A stretch of DNA of 64,000 nucleotides from assembly GCF_006345805.1 (NCBI RefSeq), contig NC_043009.1, forward strand, positions 15,748,001-15,812,000. The letters are read 5' to 3'. This stretch comes from Octopus sinensis (Eukaryota). Position numbers and translations under genes: made by a program. Below the pieces are notes generated by a model. It was not told where the DNA came from and searched no databases. It was given only the letters and a program-made list of their open reading frames with translations. The first letter of the stretch is position 1. Every line of letters begins with the position of its first letter. Shown one piece after another: positions 12,692 to 25,680 of this stretch.

Positions 12692-13103
12692 GGCGCAGGA
12701 GTGGCTGTGTGGTAAGTAGCTTGCCAACCAACCACATGGTTCCGGGTTCAGTCCCACTGCGTGGCATCTGGGGCAAGTGTCTTCTGCTATAGCCTCGGGC
12801 CGACCAATGCCTTGTGAGTGGATTTGGTAGACGGAAACTGAAAGAAGCCTGTCGTATATATATATATATGTATGTGTGTATGTGTTTGTGTGTCTGTGTT
12901 TGTCCCACTAGCATTGCTTGACAACCGATGCTGGTGTGTTAACGTCCCCATCACTTAGCGGTTCGGCAAAAGAGACCGATAGAATAAGTACTGGGCTTAC
13001 AAAGAATAAGTTCCGGGGTCGATTTGCTCGACTAAAGGCGGTGCTCCAGCATGGCCGCAGTCAAATGGCTGAAACAAGTAAAAGAGTAAAGAGTAAAAGA
13101 GTA
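12692..13103 (+). mobile_element. Full-length tRNA-derived SINE (family A)
   Basis: 5' GGCGCAGGAGTGGCTGTGTGG (A box), GGTTCAGTCCC (B box), internal TA/TG tract, (GAGTAAAA)n tail; several other copies in the window. Confidence 0.9.
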
Positions 13104-14269
13104 TATAAAAGTTGTGTATTTGAAAAAGTATGTATAATGGGGCTATATGCGATGCAATGCTTTTAGATTTCGTTCTCATTGGGAACAGCATATCCTTTAA
13201 TTCTTTTGTAAGTTGATAAAAAGTAACAGTAATAAAACTGTATAAATGTTAATTAACTGTAAATCATTCCTCTGTAGATAGAGATTTATTCCAATGTTTA
13301 AACAAGTTCTTGGCTATTAATACATCTTTAGAACCTCCAGGGAAATTCGCTCTGCTCTTAAGAAAAACAAGCAAAATGTCTTCTTTATTTACTTACTTTT
13401 AGCTAAAATTCCGCCATGGGTCTCATTATCTTTCATAATTCCACAGTCGACAGAACAAAATACCAAAGACATACTGATTTCAGTTTAAGGAAGTGTATTA
13501 TCCTTCATATGTCCAGTCATTGCTTGCTGTTGTAAGTATTAGAGTTGGAAAGAATGCTTTGGGGTAATACTCCGTCTCTTTTCATTCTAAGTTCTAATTC
13601 TGCTGAGTTTTACTTTGTCTTTCACTCTTTCGGAGTCAATAAAACAAGTAACAGTTAAGCACTGGGGTCGATGGAATCCCCTAACACCTCCTCACAAAAT
13701 TCCAGGCAATCTTCATATAACCGAAAGAATTTCTTATGGAACTGAAATGACATTAATAACATTCCTCCCTAAAACTGTGTGCCTTTATTCCACATTCAAA
13801 AATCAATATTTGTTATAACTGTTATTTCGTAGAATTTTTTAAATTATTGATTGTTTTGCAATTTTTCTGATTCTCTCATAGAAAACCGACTTTTGACCTT
13901 CGCACGAGTGAGAAACTGAAATGCATATTCAATTTCATGTAAAACACATCAATCATCCTATGAAACTCAAGTAGTGATATAAATAATTTTATTACTTTGG
14001 AGGAATCATGTTGATCACCAACGACATGTATCGCTACTTTCAACCATGAATTCTACAATCATTCAATGATTAATTGACAACATAGAAAAAATCCTTGCTT
14101 AGCTTCCCTATGTAAATAATAATATGGAAAAGCACTATGATCATAAGCAATACATATTGGTTTCAAATTTTTGCACAAGGCCAGCAATTTCGGGGGAGAG
14201 CTAAGATGATTACGTCGACTGGTATTTATCTGATCGATTCCTGATAAGGAAACATCATCGAAGTTATGC

Positions 14270-14605
14270 ATCGTATTGATGAAACTACAATGGAAGTTTT
14301 CTCGATTAAATGCTAGTTCTCCAGTTGGCTTACCACACTTGTCCACCCAGTTTTTGATATTGTCCAATCGCTGCCTTCTTTGCGTGCCACTTGATCCACT
14401 AGACTTCACTCTTCCTTCTATGATAATATTTTCCAAGGTTCAGATTCTTCGAATATGGCCATAATAAATGAGTTCTTGTTTTTTCACAATGTTCAAGAGT
14501 TGGCATCTTTCACCTACTTGTTGTAACACCCATTCATTTGTCCGATGATCCTTATAAGAGACTCACGACATTCGTCTATACACCCACATTGCAAACACAT
14601 TGATT
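14270..14605 (-). mobile_element. RTE-clade LINE 3' fragment
   Basis: FAMWVYRRM..VSYKDHRTNEWVLQQV..LIYYGHIRR..IIIEGRV..QRRQRLDNIKNW, a typical RTE C-terminus with in-frame stops. Confidence 0.8.
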
Positions 14606-14619
14606 ATGAGCAATAAATA

Positions 14620-15450
14620 ATCCTTTCTGCTATAAGCACAACGCTTGAAATTTGCGGGGATGGGACTACTCGACCCCAGTGCTGGTCTGGTATTTAATTT
14701 ATCGACCATGGAAGGATGAAAGGCAAATTCGACCTCGAAACTTCAAGTATTAACGTAAAGATGGACAAAAAGTATTTTGCTCGGCATGGTAATGATTCTG
14801 CCAGCTCGCTGCCTACTTATAAGCAATAAATATTCCTCTTTATTAAAGGTACAAGGGCTGATATTTTGGGGACAGGGCTGGTCGATTACAACGACACCCG
14901 TACGCAACTGATATTTATTTCATCGAACACGAGAGGATGAAAGGTAAAGTCGGCCTCGACCGAATTCGAACTCAGATCGTAAAGACGAACAAAATACCCA
15001 TAAGCATGTTGCCACCTCGCACCTTCTTATAAGCAATAAATAATGAAAGATAAGGCGGCGAGCTGGCAGAAACGTTTGCACGCCGGGCGAAATGCTTAGC
15101 GGTATTTCGTCTGCCGTTACGTTCTGGGTTCAAATTCCGCCAGGTCGACTTTGCCTTTCATTCTTTTTGGGTCGATAAATTAAGTACCAGTTGTGCACTG
15201 GGGTCGATGTAATCGACTTAATCTGTTTGTCTGTCCTTGTTTGTCCTCTCTGTGTTTAGCCCCTTGTGGGTAGTAAAGAAATAGGTATTTCGTCTGTCTA
15301 CCTTCTGAGTTCAAATTCTGGCGAGGTCAATTTTGCCTTTCATCATTTCGGGGTCGATAAATTCGGTATCAGTTGCGTACTGGGATCAAACTCATCGACA
15401 GGCCCTCTCTCTAAAGATTTCGGGCCTTCTGTCTAGAGTAGAAAAGAATA
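14620..15450. mobile_element. Three SINE family B copies: two on the minus strand (14620-14813, 14833-15025) and one compound plus-strand copy (15054-15447)
   Basis: GGCGGCGAGCTGGCAGAAACG 5' end, GGGTTCAAATTCC B-box, core TTTCATCCTTTCGGGGTCGATAAATTAAGTACCAG. Confidence 0.88.
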
Positions 15451-15491
15451 AATACTGACACGTTTTGCCATCTGTAGATAGAATGATATAT

Positions 15492-15835
15492 ATAATGAAA
15501 ATTATTGTATACAGTGCTCAGGTGCACCACAACTTGTCAGAAAGTGCATATAAAGTACATGCAATAATGTAAAAATGTCTGGAAAGCGAACAATGTATGA
15601 GTCAGATACATGCTTGTGTTTGTATGGAGGGGAGAAAATCAGGTGTAGTGTTGGCGAATCTCAGAAAGCATGGACATTTTGAAGGATGCAGTGCTCCGAC
15701 AACTAACAACTGATGCCGGCAGATTGTTCCATGCTTCAGCAACTTTCAGCGTGAAAAAATGTTTCCTGAAGTCATGGGAGCTGTGCTATTTTCTGACTTT
15801 GTAAATATGTCCACGGGTGTTAGATGGGTGGAGAT
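15492..15835 (-). mobile_element. CR1-type LINE 3' end
   Basis: SNTRGHIYKVRK..RKHFFTLKVAEAWNNLPASVVSCRSTASFK followed by a short 3' UTR. Confidence 0.82.
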
Positions 15836-16510
15836 TCTTTCATTGTTATCCTCTTGCAATGACAGAACGAACTAATACTTCTTTGGAAATCAATGTTAAC
15901 CTATTTGCAAGTATAGTCGACATAAGTTTATGAGAATATACTCGTAAACAATTTACTGAACATGCTATCAGCCAATTTACCAAGTGCATCTGAAGATCTA
16001 AGTCTGAATCTCATGAGGCATTTCCCAGGCACTTCATCCGCGTAACTTGTTACAACGATGCAAACATAAATATCAACTATATTTACAGTCGGCGCACAAC
16101 ACCTACTGCAACTAATGTTCTAAGTCTTATTTTCATGAGGTATGCTCAATCTCCTGTAGTGAAATATCTTGTTTGAACAATATAAACATGCACAAGAAAG
16201 ATATGAAAATATTTCTATTGTGAATGTTCAAATAAAATTAAAAATTTAAAGAAACACTGAACACCATGGTACCTCATCGATATTAGCACGATTCTCCATA
16301 CATTTATATTTAAACTTCTCGGCAACAACAAAGTAACTACATATTTTATCTTTCACGTCTTTTAGTTATGAGACTGTGGGCATTCCGGGGGTATGTTGTA
16401 GACAAATGAATCGAAACCAGTACTCATATATGTATATGTATTAATAGTAATGGTATGACAACAAAAGAATGAATGAGACTTATATTATATTATGTAAATA
16501 GAGGAATTTA

Positions 16511-17714
16511 TCTGTAATATAATATGTGACAATTATTCAGTTGCCATAATAAAATTCCGAGTTTGGGATGTCGAGGCGGACATCTGCTCCGTTATCTCTT
16601 TATTTATTAAGACAATAAAAGAAAATGCTATGAAAATGACCGTAAAACAAAGAGAAATTTCTATGCAAAAGACTGTTATTAAGACAATCAAAAGAGCTAT
16701 TAAAATGACCGTTAAATAAAGGGCAAAAAAGCGAAGGAGACAAAGTAAAAAGATAATAAAGTAAAAACGGTCATGGAATTCGCGGACGCGTGCATGTACA
16801 TACATACACATGAGCGCACGCACACCCACGTACACGTGCCTGTATGCATATGCTCACTCACACTCACGTGAAACACATACATGCACACCCATACGCACGC
16901 CTATATGTGCATCTATATGCAACCATACACGTGTACACGTACATATCTGCACATACGTGCACATACCCATACGCGCACAATTATATTCATAGACACGTCT
17001 AAATTACGCACAGGCTATATTTGAATATGTTCACTCACACTCGTGTGAAACGCGTGCATGTACACCAAAATATATATGCAACCATACACATGTACACATA
17101 TACAAACCCGTACACAGGCACACACACACGTATATATACCCATACGCGCACAAATATGTTCATATACACGTCTGTATACGCACATGCACAAGAAAATTGC
17201 AGGGAGAAGGTAATATACAGAAAAATATGTAAAAATATATAAAGCAATAAAAATATATAACATGCATATATATAAATATGTAAAGAAATATATAAAAATT
17301 ATATGGAGATAAAATACTTCTACGTGGACACAATATAAAAAGCAGGTTCCATCTGTGATCTTGGGGGGACTAAAAACGTAACAAATATTTAGCCATATAT
17401 GGGCATGTCCCAAAGCGATCAGTTCTTGAATTTAAATATGTAGCGGAGTCTAAGCTGCTTTTCCAGATGAGCCATCTTTCTGTATCACAAAGGCCACATT
17501 TTCCACTGCTGTTGGTGTGTAAAGCCTACACTTGGCTAAGATCTTACATTTTTACTTTCTCCCATTGAGGCTTTTCCCTTTATTTAACGGTCATTTTCAT
17601 GGCATTTTTTGATTGTCTTAATAACTAAAGAGATGCCGGAGGAGATTCCGCCCAGACAACCCAAACACGGAGTTTCATTATAGCAACAGAATAATTGTCA
17701 CACTATATTACAGA
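16511..17714. mobile_element. Fold-back element with ~140-bp inverted arms, each carrying a decayed hammerhead motif (probable inverted Penelope pLTRs)
   Basis: 16511-16657 is the reverse complement of 17572-17714; the arm reads TAATAA-CTAAAGA-GATG..-CAAAC-ACGGA-GTT-TCATTA at 17619-17680, with a counterpart at 16547-16609 on the minus strand. Confidence 0.7.
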
Positions 17715-18672
17715 CACACACACACACACACACACACACCCACACACACCCACACACACACACATACATACATAGATACATACATACACACACACGCACA
17801 TACATATACATACATACACACACACATGCACACATACACGCAGGCACACATACATACACACACACATACATACACACACATACATATACACACATATACA
17901 CACATACACAGACACATACACACATACATACACACACATTCATACATACATACACACATACACACACATACACACATACATACACACACACACGCATACA
18001 TATACACACATACATACACATACACACATACACACATACAAACATACACACACATACATACATAGATACATACATACACATACATATATATACATACATA
18101 TATACACACACACATACACGCATGCACACATACATACATACACATACACATACATACACACACACTTACACACATACACACATACATACATACATACACA
18201 CATATAAACACACATATATGCCTCTACATTGTACACACACGCACACATATATACATACATTCACTCGCACGCACGTACACACACACGCACACACACACAT
18301 TTACATATATATACTATACACGCACACATGCACACGTACAAACACACACAAACTCACATACACACCGACAGATATACATACACAATATACACCTAACCGC
18401 GCACGAACACATACACATAAACACATACAAACGCACACATACACGCACACACATACACGTACATACATACACACTCACACAAATGAACCCACACATACAT
18501 CCCTACACACACACACGCACGTACAAGCACACACGCACACATACACTAGGTTAAGCACAGTTACTCGCCACACACCCAAACTCTACGCATACACACATGA
18601 ACACACACATGCACACACACACACTACAAACAACACACACACATGATACATATACTTACACGCACACACATA
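17711..18672. repeat. Long degenerate (CA)n/(CATA)n microsatellite field
   Basis: Direct reading. Confidence 0.95.
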
Positions 18673-18677
18673 TACCC

Positions 18678-19128
18678 CTTTGTTTTTTGACCTGGTTTTG
18701 ACCTGGCTGGATACAAACAAGTGCCACTCCTTTATGGCAGCTAGCTTGCTATGCCTATTATTCACCATACATACACACACACACACGCACGCACACACAA
18801 ACACACTTGTCATCCTTGCACACACACACACACGCACCCACACACATTCCTTGTCTCTGAAACTCTCTTGTTTTTAAAAATCATGATTCGTCTACCTCTC
18901 AACTTCTGTTCTTTCAACATGTGATCTCTTGAGCACCACTAGCAAAAATATTTTTTTCCTCTGTCTTCCCTTCTCGGGATCTTTCCTTCTCCTTGTTTCC
19001 GACGAAGAGCTCCGCTCGAAACGTCAAACCCTTCTTTCCTGGGCGTCAAATAATACTTTAATTGTTCCACGTCCTCGCGTTGCTGTGTTTTTTTCTGTGT
19101 TTTTTTCTGTGTTTTCTTGTTTGGATTA

Positions 19129-19131
<3 letters not shown>
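18678..19131 (+). mobile_element. Solo 3' end/pLTR of a Penelope-like element related to 2870-3118
   Basis: Shares GAAGAGC..GCTCGAAACGT..TTCCTG(A/G)GCG..TAATAC..TTCCAC and the T-rich end before (TA)n. Confidence 0.75.
18995..19029 (+). ncRNA. Minimal type I hammerhead ribozyme (core variant CCGACGA)
   Basis: GTTT-CCGACGA-A-GAGC(TCC)GCTC-GAAA-CG-TC-AAAC: stem I GTTT/AAAC, GUC cleavage triplet at 19023-19025. Confidence 0.8.
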
Positions 19132-19207
<76 letters not shown>

Positions 19208-19311
19208 CATGTATATATATACATACATATATATATATATTTATATACATATATACACATTTATATAAATATATATATGTATATATATATACATTTATAC
19301 ATAGAGATATA

Positions 19312-19355
<44 letters not shown>

Positions 19356-19450
19356 CATATATATATGTATATATATAGAGAGAGTGAGAGAGAGAGAGAC
19401 ATATAATACATATATATGTATATGTATGTAGGTATGTATGAATATACATA
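19132..19450. repeat. (TA)n/(GA)n microsatellite
   Basis: Direct reading. Confidence 0.95.
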
Positions 19451-21327
19451 CCTGGGATAAGTTATAATCACACTCAAATATACATATATGCTTCACGTCT
19501 TCATTCAGGCACACATACACACGTACGTAGGTCCACACACACATATCCTTGTGTACAAGAGAGAGGGAGATAGAGGGGGAGTGGAAGTGAGAGAGTAGGA
19601 AGAAATTGTTTAGATCTTGCCGGATCTTTTGACTGCAAGAGCTGTTATAGCCGAAAAGAAAGGACAGCTTCAGTTGGGAATTCAAGATGGTGGGTGTTGT
19701 AATGTAGGGCATTGTATATATATTCCTACATTACATATTTATATCGTTTCGCAAGCAGAAAATTTAAGATTTATTTTCTTAGTTTCCAAACTTCTGTAGA
19801 ATCTCTTCAGAAAAATAATATACTTTCTGCCCGAGTAGATGATTGTAGCTTAGAACTTTTTATGAATTTTATAGTCTAGAAGTCGGGGAAATATGAAATA
19901 ATCCAAGCTGCCACTGCCATCAATAACGTGCAATTTGATTGGCTAATTTAAGAGAATCCTGTATAGTATTCACTATAAATATCTATAAACTAATCATATG
20001 GGTATGGAAAGAAAATGAAATCTAGAAATATGTAACATGGCTTCCACATTTTCTACCTATATGCAGTTTAAAAAATGTTATGCAACCGCATTGGAAAGAT
20101 TTCACAACGATTTTTATGTTTTATTCTGAAAAGCCTTAGACTCTATATCATATTATCGCAAAATTCTCTGCAGTCTGTAGTGAACTATGAATAAAGTATA
20201 TAAATAAACGTATGTGTATGAATGTGCAGATGTTTATCTGAGCATGTGTAAATGTTTGTGGCGAAAGCGTGAGAGAGATCGATGTAGAACTTTGATCAAC
20301 ATTCATGGAAGCAAATATATTTCAATTACCCAAATTGATCAATTCATATACAAAGTGGGAACTCCTTTTGATCGTTCTAATGAATCGGTATTCGTCACGT
20401 AACTACTTGTTTAAGTTCTTCGAAACCAAAATAAAAATACTTGTTGTTAGTTAATGATGCGTGAAGGGTAGAATTTATCCATAGTGTTTGTATATACATA
20501 TACAAATGTTGTATATATATATATATATATCATTGGAACACATTTTGTTTTGGGCAAAATATTTGGTTGTCGAGACAGTTATTAACAAAGCAATGAATGT
20601 ATTTATCAGCAGACTGTTTACACATATATTTTCTCAGAAATCGAACTCAGGGATTAATTTGTTTGTACAAATGTACGGATGCTTACAATATCTATATTTA
20701 GTACATATAAAAATACTGTATTGTCTATATACAAGTGTAGAAAATAGTTCAATAAATATCAGCAAGTTATTCAAGGCTTTCAGGACTCGAGATTTCATAT
20801 ATTTGCATACACAATCATAAACCGGTGAAGAATTACATTCGCTCCCATATAATTTTGCGCACACATAATTTTGTTGTAAATATTGTAAATATATATAATT
20901 AGCTCTACTTGTAACAATGAGTTTTATCAGTAAATATAATTTTTCGTTTCGTTTCTTATTTGTTCAATATCTTCATCCAGTCTCTCATACGTTCCCCTGA
21001 AGCAACACATTTTCATGCTGTTGATAGGTTATAGCATTCCTGGTAACTTCTGCTGACATATAACTTTTTTCTTTTTTTTTTTGAGAGATGATATCTAGTA
21101 AAATTATTAACAATCTACCATCCGAACTACAGTATTGTATCATGCAAATGCAATACGAGAACATATAGTCATCCTACCAACTAAGTCTGCTACAGGATTA
21201 AATTGAAATTTGAACTTTGGGGTTAAGAGAAAATGAAAGTAATGCTAGTAACCGCAAATTCATGAGGATCACTTCTTTCATTCCTTATGCAACAACATTT
21301 ATAACACTATACAGTTGTATTAATAGT

Positions 21328-21911
21328 GGTTTCCAATTTTGGCAAAAGGCAGTTAGGTGTAGGGGAGAGGCTAAGTTGATTAAATCGACGCCAGTATTCA
21401 CCTGGTACTTACTTTATCGAACTCAGAACTTAAAATGTAACGACGGAACAAATGTCGCTAAGCATTTTGGACGGTGGGCAATTGATTCTGCCAGCTCACC
21501 GCCTTTACAGCCGTATTAATATTCTTTTCTACTCTATGCACAAGGACCGAAAATTTTGGTGGGAGGGAGCCAGTCGATTAGATCGACCTCAGTACGCAAC
21601 TGGTAGTTAATTTATCGACTCCGAAAGGATGAAAGGCAAAATCGACCTCAGCGGAATGTGAACTCACATACGAAATACCTATTTCTTTATTGCCCACAAG
21701 GGGCTAAACAGAGAGAGGACAAACAAGGACAGACAAACGGATTAAGTCGATTACATCGACCCCAGTGCGTAACTGGTACTTAATTTATCGACCCCGAAAG
21801 GATGAATGGCAAAGTTGACCTCGGCGTAATTTGAACTCAGAACGTAACGGCAGACAAAATACGGCTACGCATTTCTCGCGGCGTGCTAACGTTTCTACCA
21901 GCTTGCCGCCT
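21328..21911 (-). mobile_element. Two tandem SINE family B copies (21328-21504 and compound 21524-21911)
   Basis: Reverse complement of the family B consensus, separated and flanked by ACAG.YG.ATT.ATA.T. Confidence 0.85.
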
Positions 21912-22559
21912 CACAGCCGAATTCATATTACAGTAAGTTGATGAAGCGTTATTTAGTCTTAAATACCACATATTCAAAGATATTGTGACTATAATGAAGA
22001 ATCCTGGGAAATATAATTCATTGTATTGCTTACGAAGGAAATATTGTTGTACTTTGTATCACACTAATTATTCTACAATAATTGCCATGTTTCTCCAGTA
22101 CTGAACTTGAGAGTTCCATATCCATAATCTGTGTACAATATCTGTCTAAAGCAAAATTGACGGAGGAAAGAAAATATGCGAAAAGGAAAGAAAATATGCG
22201 ACGCAGAAACTTAAAACCCCTGTAAAGAGTTAAAGTCGTTTTTCTGGGGGGGGGGGGGCTGCGCGATATACGAAAAGTGCAACATTTTGCAGCCCATCCC
22301 CAGTTTTTGTCATTTTCAGAGGTGTGTTTTCCAATTTTCGACGTTTCGACCTGGGGGACCCGAGTGATAGACGATGCAATACAATCTGTTTGTAGTTAGC
22401 ATTTTAATCCATCTAACCTTACTGACAATAAGTGATCTTCGTCACTACTCTTGAGAGATTTGCTGTCTACCCTCATTTGGATGGGCTGTGTCGCGCTGGT
22501 CATTCAAAGAATTCACGGCGCTGCAGCGGTGAGTAAGCACTTTTGAATTAATTTCTTAG

Positions 22560-23300
22560 GAAGTACAAACTCATCCCCTATTTTATTGCTTCAGTATGTT
22601 TTGTTATGAGGCTTGTGCTTGAGTTTTTTGTTATATTGCTTGTGTTCTTCAGTTGAGTATCGCCAGTGACATTATGGTTTCGTGTGTTCAGTCTGTACTT
22701 TTTGACAAGATACCGCCTCCGGCCGAGTGCTGGGACTACTTTGGTATGGTGATTATCCAAGGTTCACAGAAGGAAATTCACCGTTAATTCTTGAGATCTT
22801 TATCAATGAGCACAGCTGTTCCTTTCGACATTCTACATTTCTCGCTATCGGTAGAGTTGTCAATTTTGAACTTAATATAATTGATCATTTACGCTTGTTC
22901 CTGAGCCGTACATGTGTGCTCCTTCCTCTCTCTTCAGGTCACTCCTCTTATCCATAGCCATCGGTCATCTGTATCTGTATTGGTGTTTACATCTCTTGCA
23001 AACAGACCGTACATTTTTCCTTCCATTTTTTTTTGCTTATTTCTAGTGTAAAGTTTTCCTTATTTACACAATTTTTAGTTTTGATGACGCCGGCCTTAGT
23101 GTGTTTCAAAAGTGGCTCCACGGCATTTTTTACATATTACACTGGGCTATTTTCCTCTGCTTCGATACACTCCTGGCAACTGATCAAACCTCTCCCTCCC
23201 TTTCTTCTGGACAAGTACAGTATGTTTTTGCAGTCTGCTTGGTGTGTTTTGATTATTTGGTGGCAGTGGTTTCAGGTTCTTCACATAATTGGCTACTCAA
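22560..23300 (-). mobile_element. Dong/R4-clade LINE fragment (post-RT region), decayed
   Basis: LYLSRRKGGRGLISCQECIEAEENS..YVKNAVEPLL, MYGLFARD..WLWI, AQEQA..NYIKFKIDNSTDSEKCRM; lies next to (TCT)n/(ATT)n. Confidence 0.75.
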
Positions 23301-23344
23301 GACCCTTCAGATATATACGATCTCTCCTGTCATCTCTAAATTTT

Positions 23345-23485
23345 TCTTCTTCTTCTTCTTCTTCTTCTTCTTCTTCTTCTTCTTCTTCTTCTTCTTCTTC
23401 TTCTTCTTCTCTTCTTCTTCTTCTCTTCTTCTTCTTCTATTCTTCCTCCTCCACTTCTTCTTCTGTTTTATACTTCTTTTTCTCC

Positions 23486-23540
<55 letters not shown>

Positions 23541-23542
23541 CA

Positions 23543-23594
<52 letters not shown>

Positions 23595-23643
23595 CATCAT
23601 CATCATCATCATCATCATCATTATTATTATTATTATCATTATT
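23345..23643. repeat. (TCT)n, (ATT)n and (ATC)n compound microsatellite
   Basis: Direct reading. Confidence 0.95.
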
Positions 23644-23811
23644 GAGTTAGCACGTATTTTATCTTGAGTTTGGCGACAGTAAAATTCCTGTAATCTCAAC
23701 AATCTTTCTTTGGATTCTAGGAAGCATTTAGAGTCTTTAAGGAGGCATTTAGAGTGCTGTGCCAAGTGCATCAATAACTAGATGCTCTACTTTTATTATT
23801 ACTCCTTAGCT

Positions 23812-23812
<1 letters not shown>

Positions 23813-23879
<67 letters not shown>

Positions 23880-23953
23880 GAATGAAAGAGCATCATACGC
23901 CATCAAAAGGATGTCGAGGTAAATATATACGAAGCTTAATATACCCATTGTGA
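23813..23953 (-). mobile_element. (ATT)n plus the 3' tip of the same (TAA)n-associated element as 39054-39680
   Basis: ttgaatgaaagagc..ccatcaa..gtaaatatatacgaagc..tatacccat resembles the reverse complement of 39610-39680. Confidence 0.6.
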
Positions 23954-23954
23954 T

Positions 23955-25680
23955 TTAGTTCAAGGCCAATCTCGCTGCCAGCAAATCAGTTGCGATTCCT
24001 TTCCCAAGCGCTTCTTCTACGTTTCTAACTAAGTTTCTCTCTATTCTATTTCTTTCTATCACTAATTCCTTACTAAACCTAACTAATTCTACTCTAATTA
24101 CTGTTGACGATTGATCCGTCAACGCTGACTTAATTCACTAATCCAGTCTCTGCCTACGAAGTCTTTCTAAGTCAACCGTCCAAATCACAAATTTGTGGTC
24201 TGTGCAACCGATGATTTAAAGAAAAAGGCAACTTATACTGTACATATTTCCTGACATATAGAACACTTTATCTAGATACGACCTAGATGACCCAATGCGG
24301 TTCGTCCATATCCACACTTTGACATCAGTTACTCAAGTCGGTACCCTTCAGGCAGTTGAAAACAGCCAAGTAAATTAGTGAGGCGTTTGCACATAGCTCT
24401 TGTAACATCTAGTCCCACACAATCTAAGTGTGCATTCGAGTTACCACACAAGGTTGACATGTCCCCAGATGACTAAAGGAATCTGGTTGTCTTGCCCCTG
24501 CCGGGGCATAAATGTTCACCAGTCGTCCATATTGTTTACATTCTTGGCCACCAACTTACCTACTGGGATCATAAATGTGGCCCTTGTCTTAAAGATCTAG
24601 ACATCTATGAAACAACACAGAAGTTTACTCCCCATTACCAGTTGTCATGCTGATAAGTAAACCTAGTATTCATTGAAAGTGGACATGAAAGCTCGTCGGC
24701 TAAGGAATCCTGTTTTACTGACAGCCATGTCATCTAAACTTTGTGATCTGATGCCATTTGAACCTGTATTTAAGGTGATTCCGGGCCACGTGTATCTATA
24801 ATGCCTATTCTGAGCAAGACCATGCTGAACAATGGACTAGACAGAGAAGAGGATGGGGCAACTAGTCGTAGATTTCTGAGTGAGTGTGGATAGTTGTTCC
24901 ATTCCAAAGATTAGATGTTGATGTTCCAACGATCAGCTTTTTGAAAAGTCTTTTCTTAACATGTCTTGTATGATTTCATACCCCATCAGGGTATTTTTTT
25001 TTAACGTTAAATCTTTGTTCTAACTGCATAAATTTTATGTGTGTAGTTATATTGGCTGTCGGTGCGATAAAATTGCTCTGAGTGATGTGTGTATCGGGAT
25101 GTATATACTCTATGAGTGCATTGTCAGTGATGTTTATAGCAGTGTAGTTGAGCATCGTTATCTTTTCATCGTATTGGGATGTGTAACCAGACTTGGGTGT
25201 GTGAATTAGGCTGTGCATTATTGATGGTGCCTGTGTTGGTAGTGGAGTTCATGGTAATGATGTGGCTGATGTGGACAATGTTATTGAAGATCCCCGTAGG
25301 GGGTGGTGTTTGAGCATTGTTGTTCAAAGCATCTCCTCCATTTGTTGCTATCTGCCAGATATCTGTGTTGGTGAGTTTCTGTTCAGCTTTCTTTCCTTGA
25401 CTTTCTGACCGTTTGTCATTTAAGCTTTTCAGCGTCCTCTTTATGGTAGTAGTGTCCAATTTTGAGTTTATTTTTTGTGTCTTGCTGAAGTAGCTGTAGT
25501 TTTCGATTTGGTGTTTTATGATGTTGTTGTTCATGGCGATATTGATGTTGCTGCTTTTGTGCATACTGCAGTTACTGTCGTTGCTGCTATTTTCGGTCCT
25601 GTTGTTGCTGATGTTGTGGCCATCTGCCCCTAACGGTGCTGATACAGCAGCTTTTGCTATTGTTGTTCATGTTATTACTT
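23955..25680 (-). mobile_element. Internally deleted Tx1/L1-like LINE (ORF1 remnant plus the end of the APE domain)
   Basis: VWIWTNRIGSSRSYLDKVF (APE C-terminus, ~24265-24325); 23955-24160 is homologous to 35290-35500; Asn/Thr-rich ORF1-like frames at 24976-25564. Confidence 0.65.

Noticed and set aside
12692-12775. tRNA gene
   Set aside because: The A/B boxes belong to a multi-copy SINE head, and no complete cloverleaf is evident.
17698-18646. Many ORFs rich in H/T/Y/I or C/V/M (also near 3.0-3.4, 19.1, 27.3, 51.5-53.5 and 62.6 kb)
   Set aside because: These are translations of CA/TA/CATA microsatellites.
23033-23774. Poly-Ser/Leu/Ile/Phe 'membrane protein' ORFs
   Set aside because: These are trinucleotide microsatellite read-through overlapping an antisense LINE fragment.
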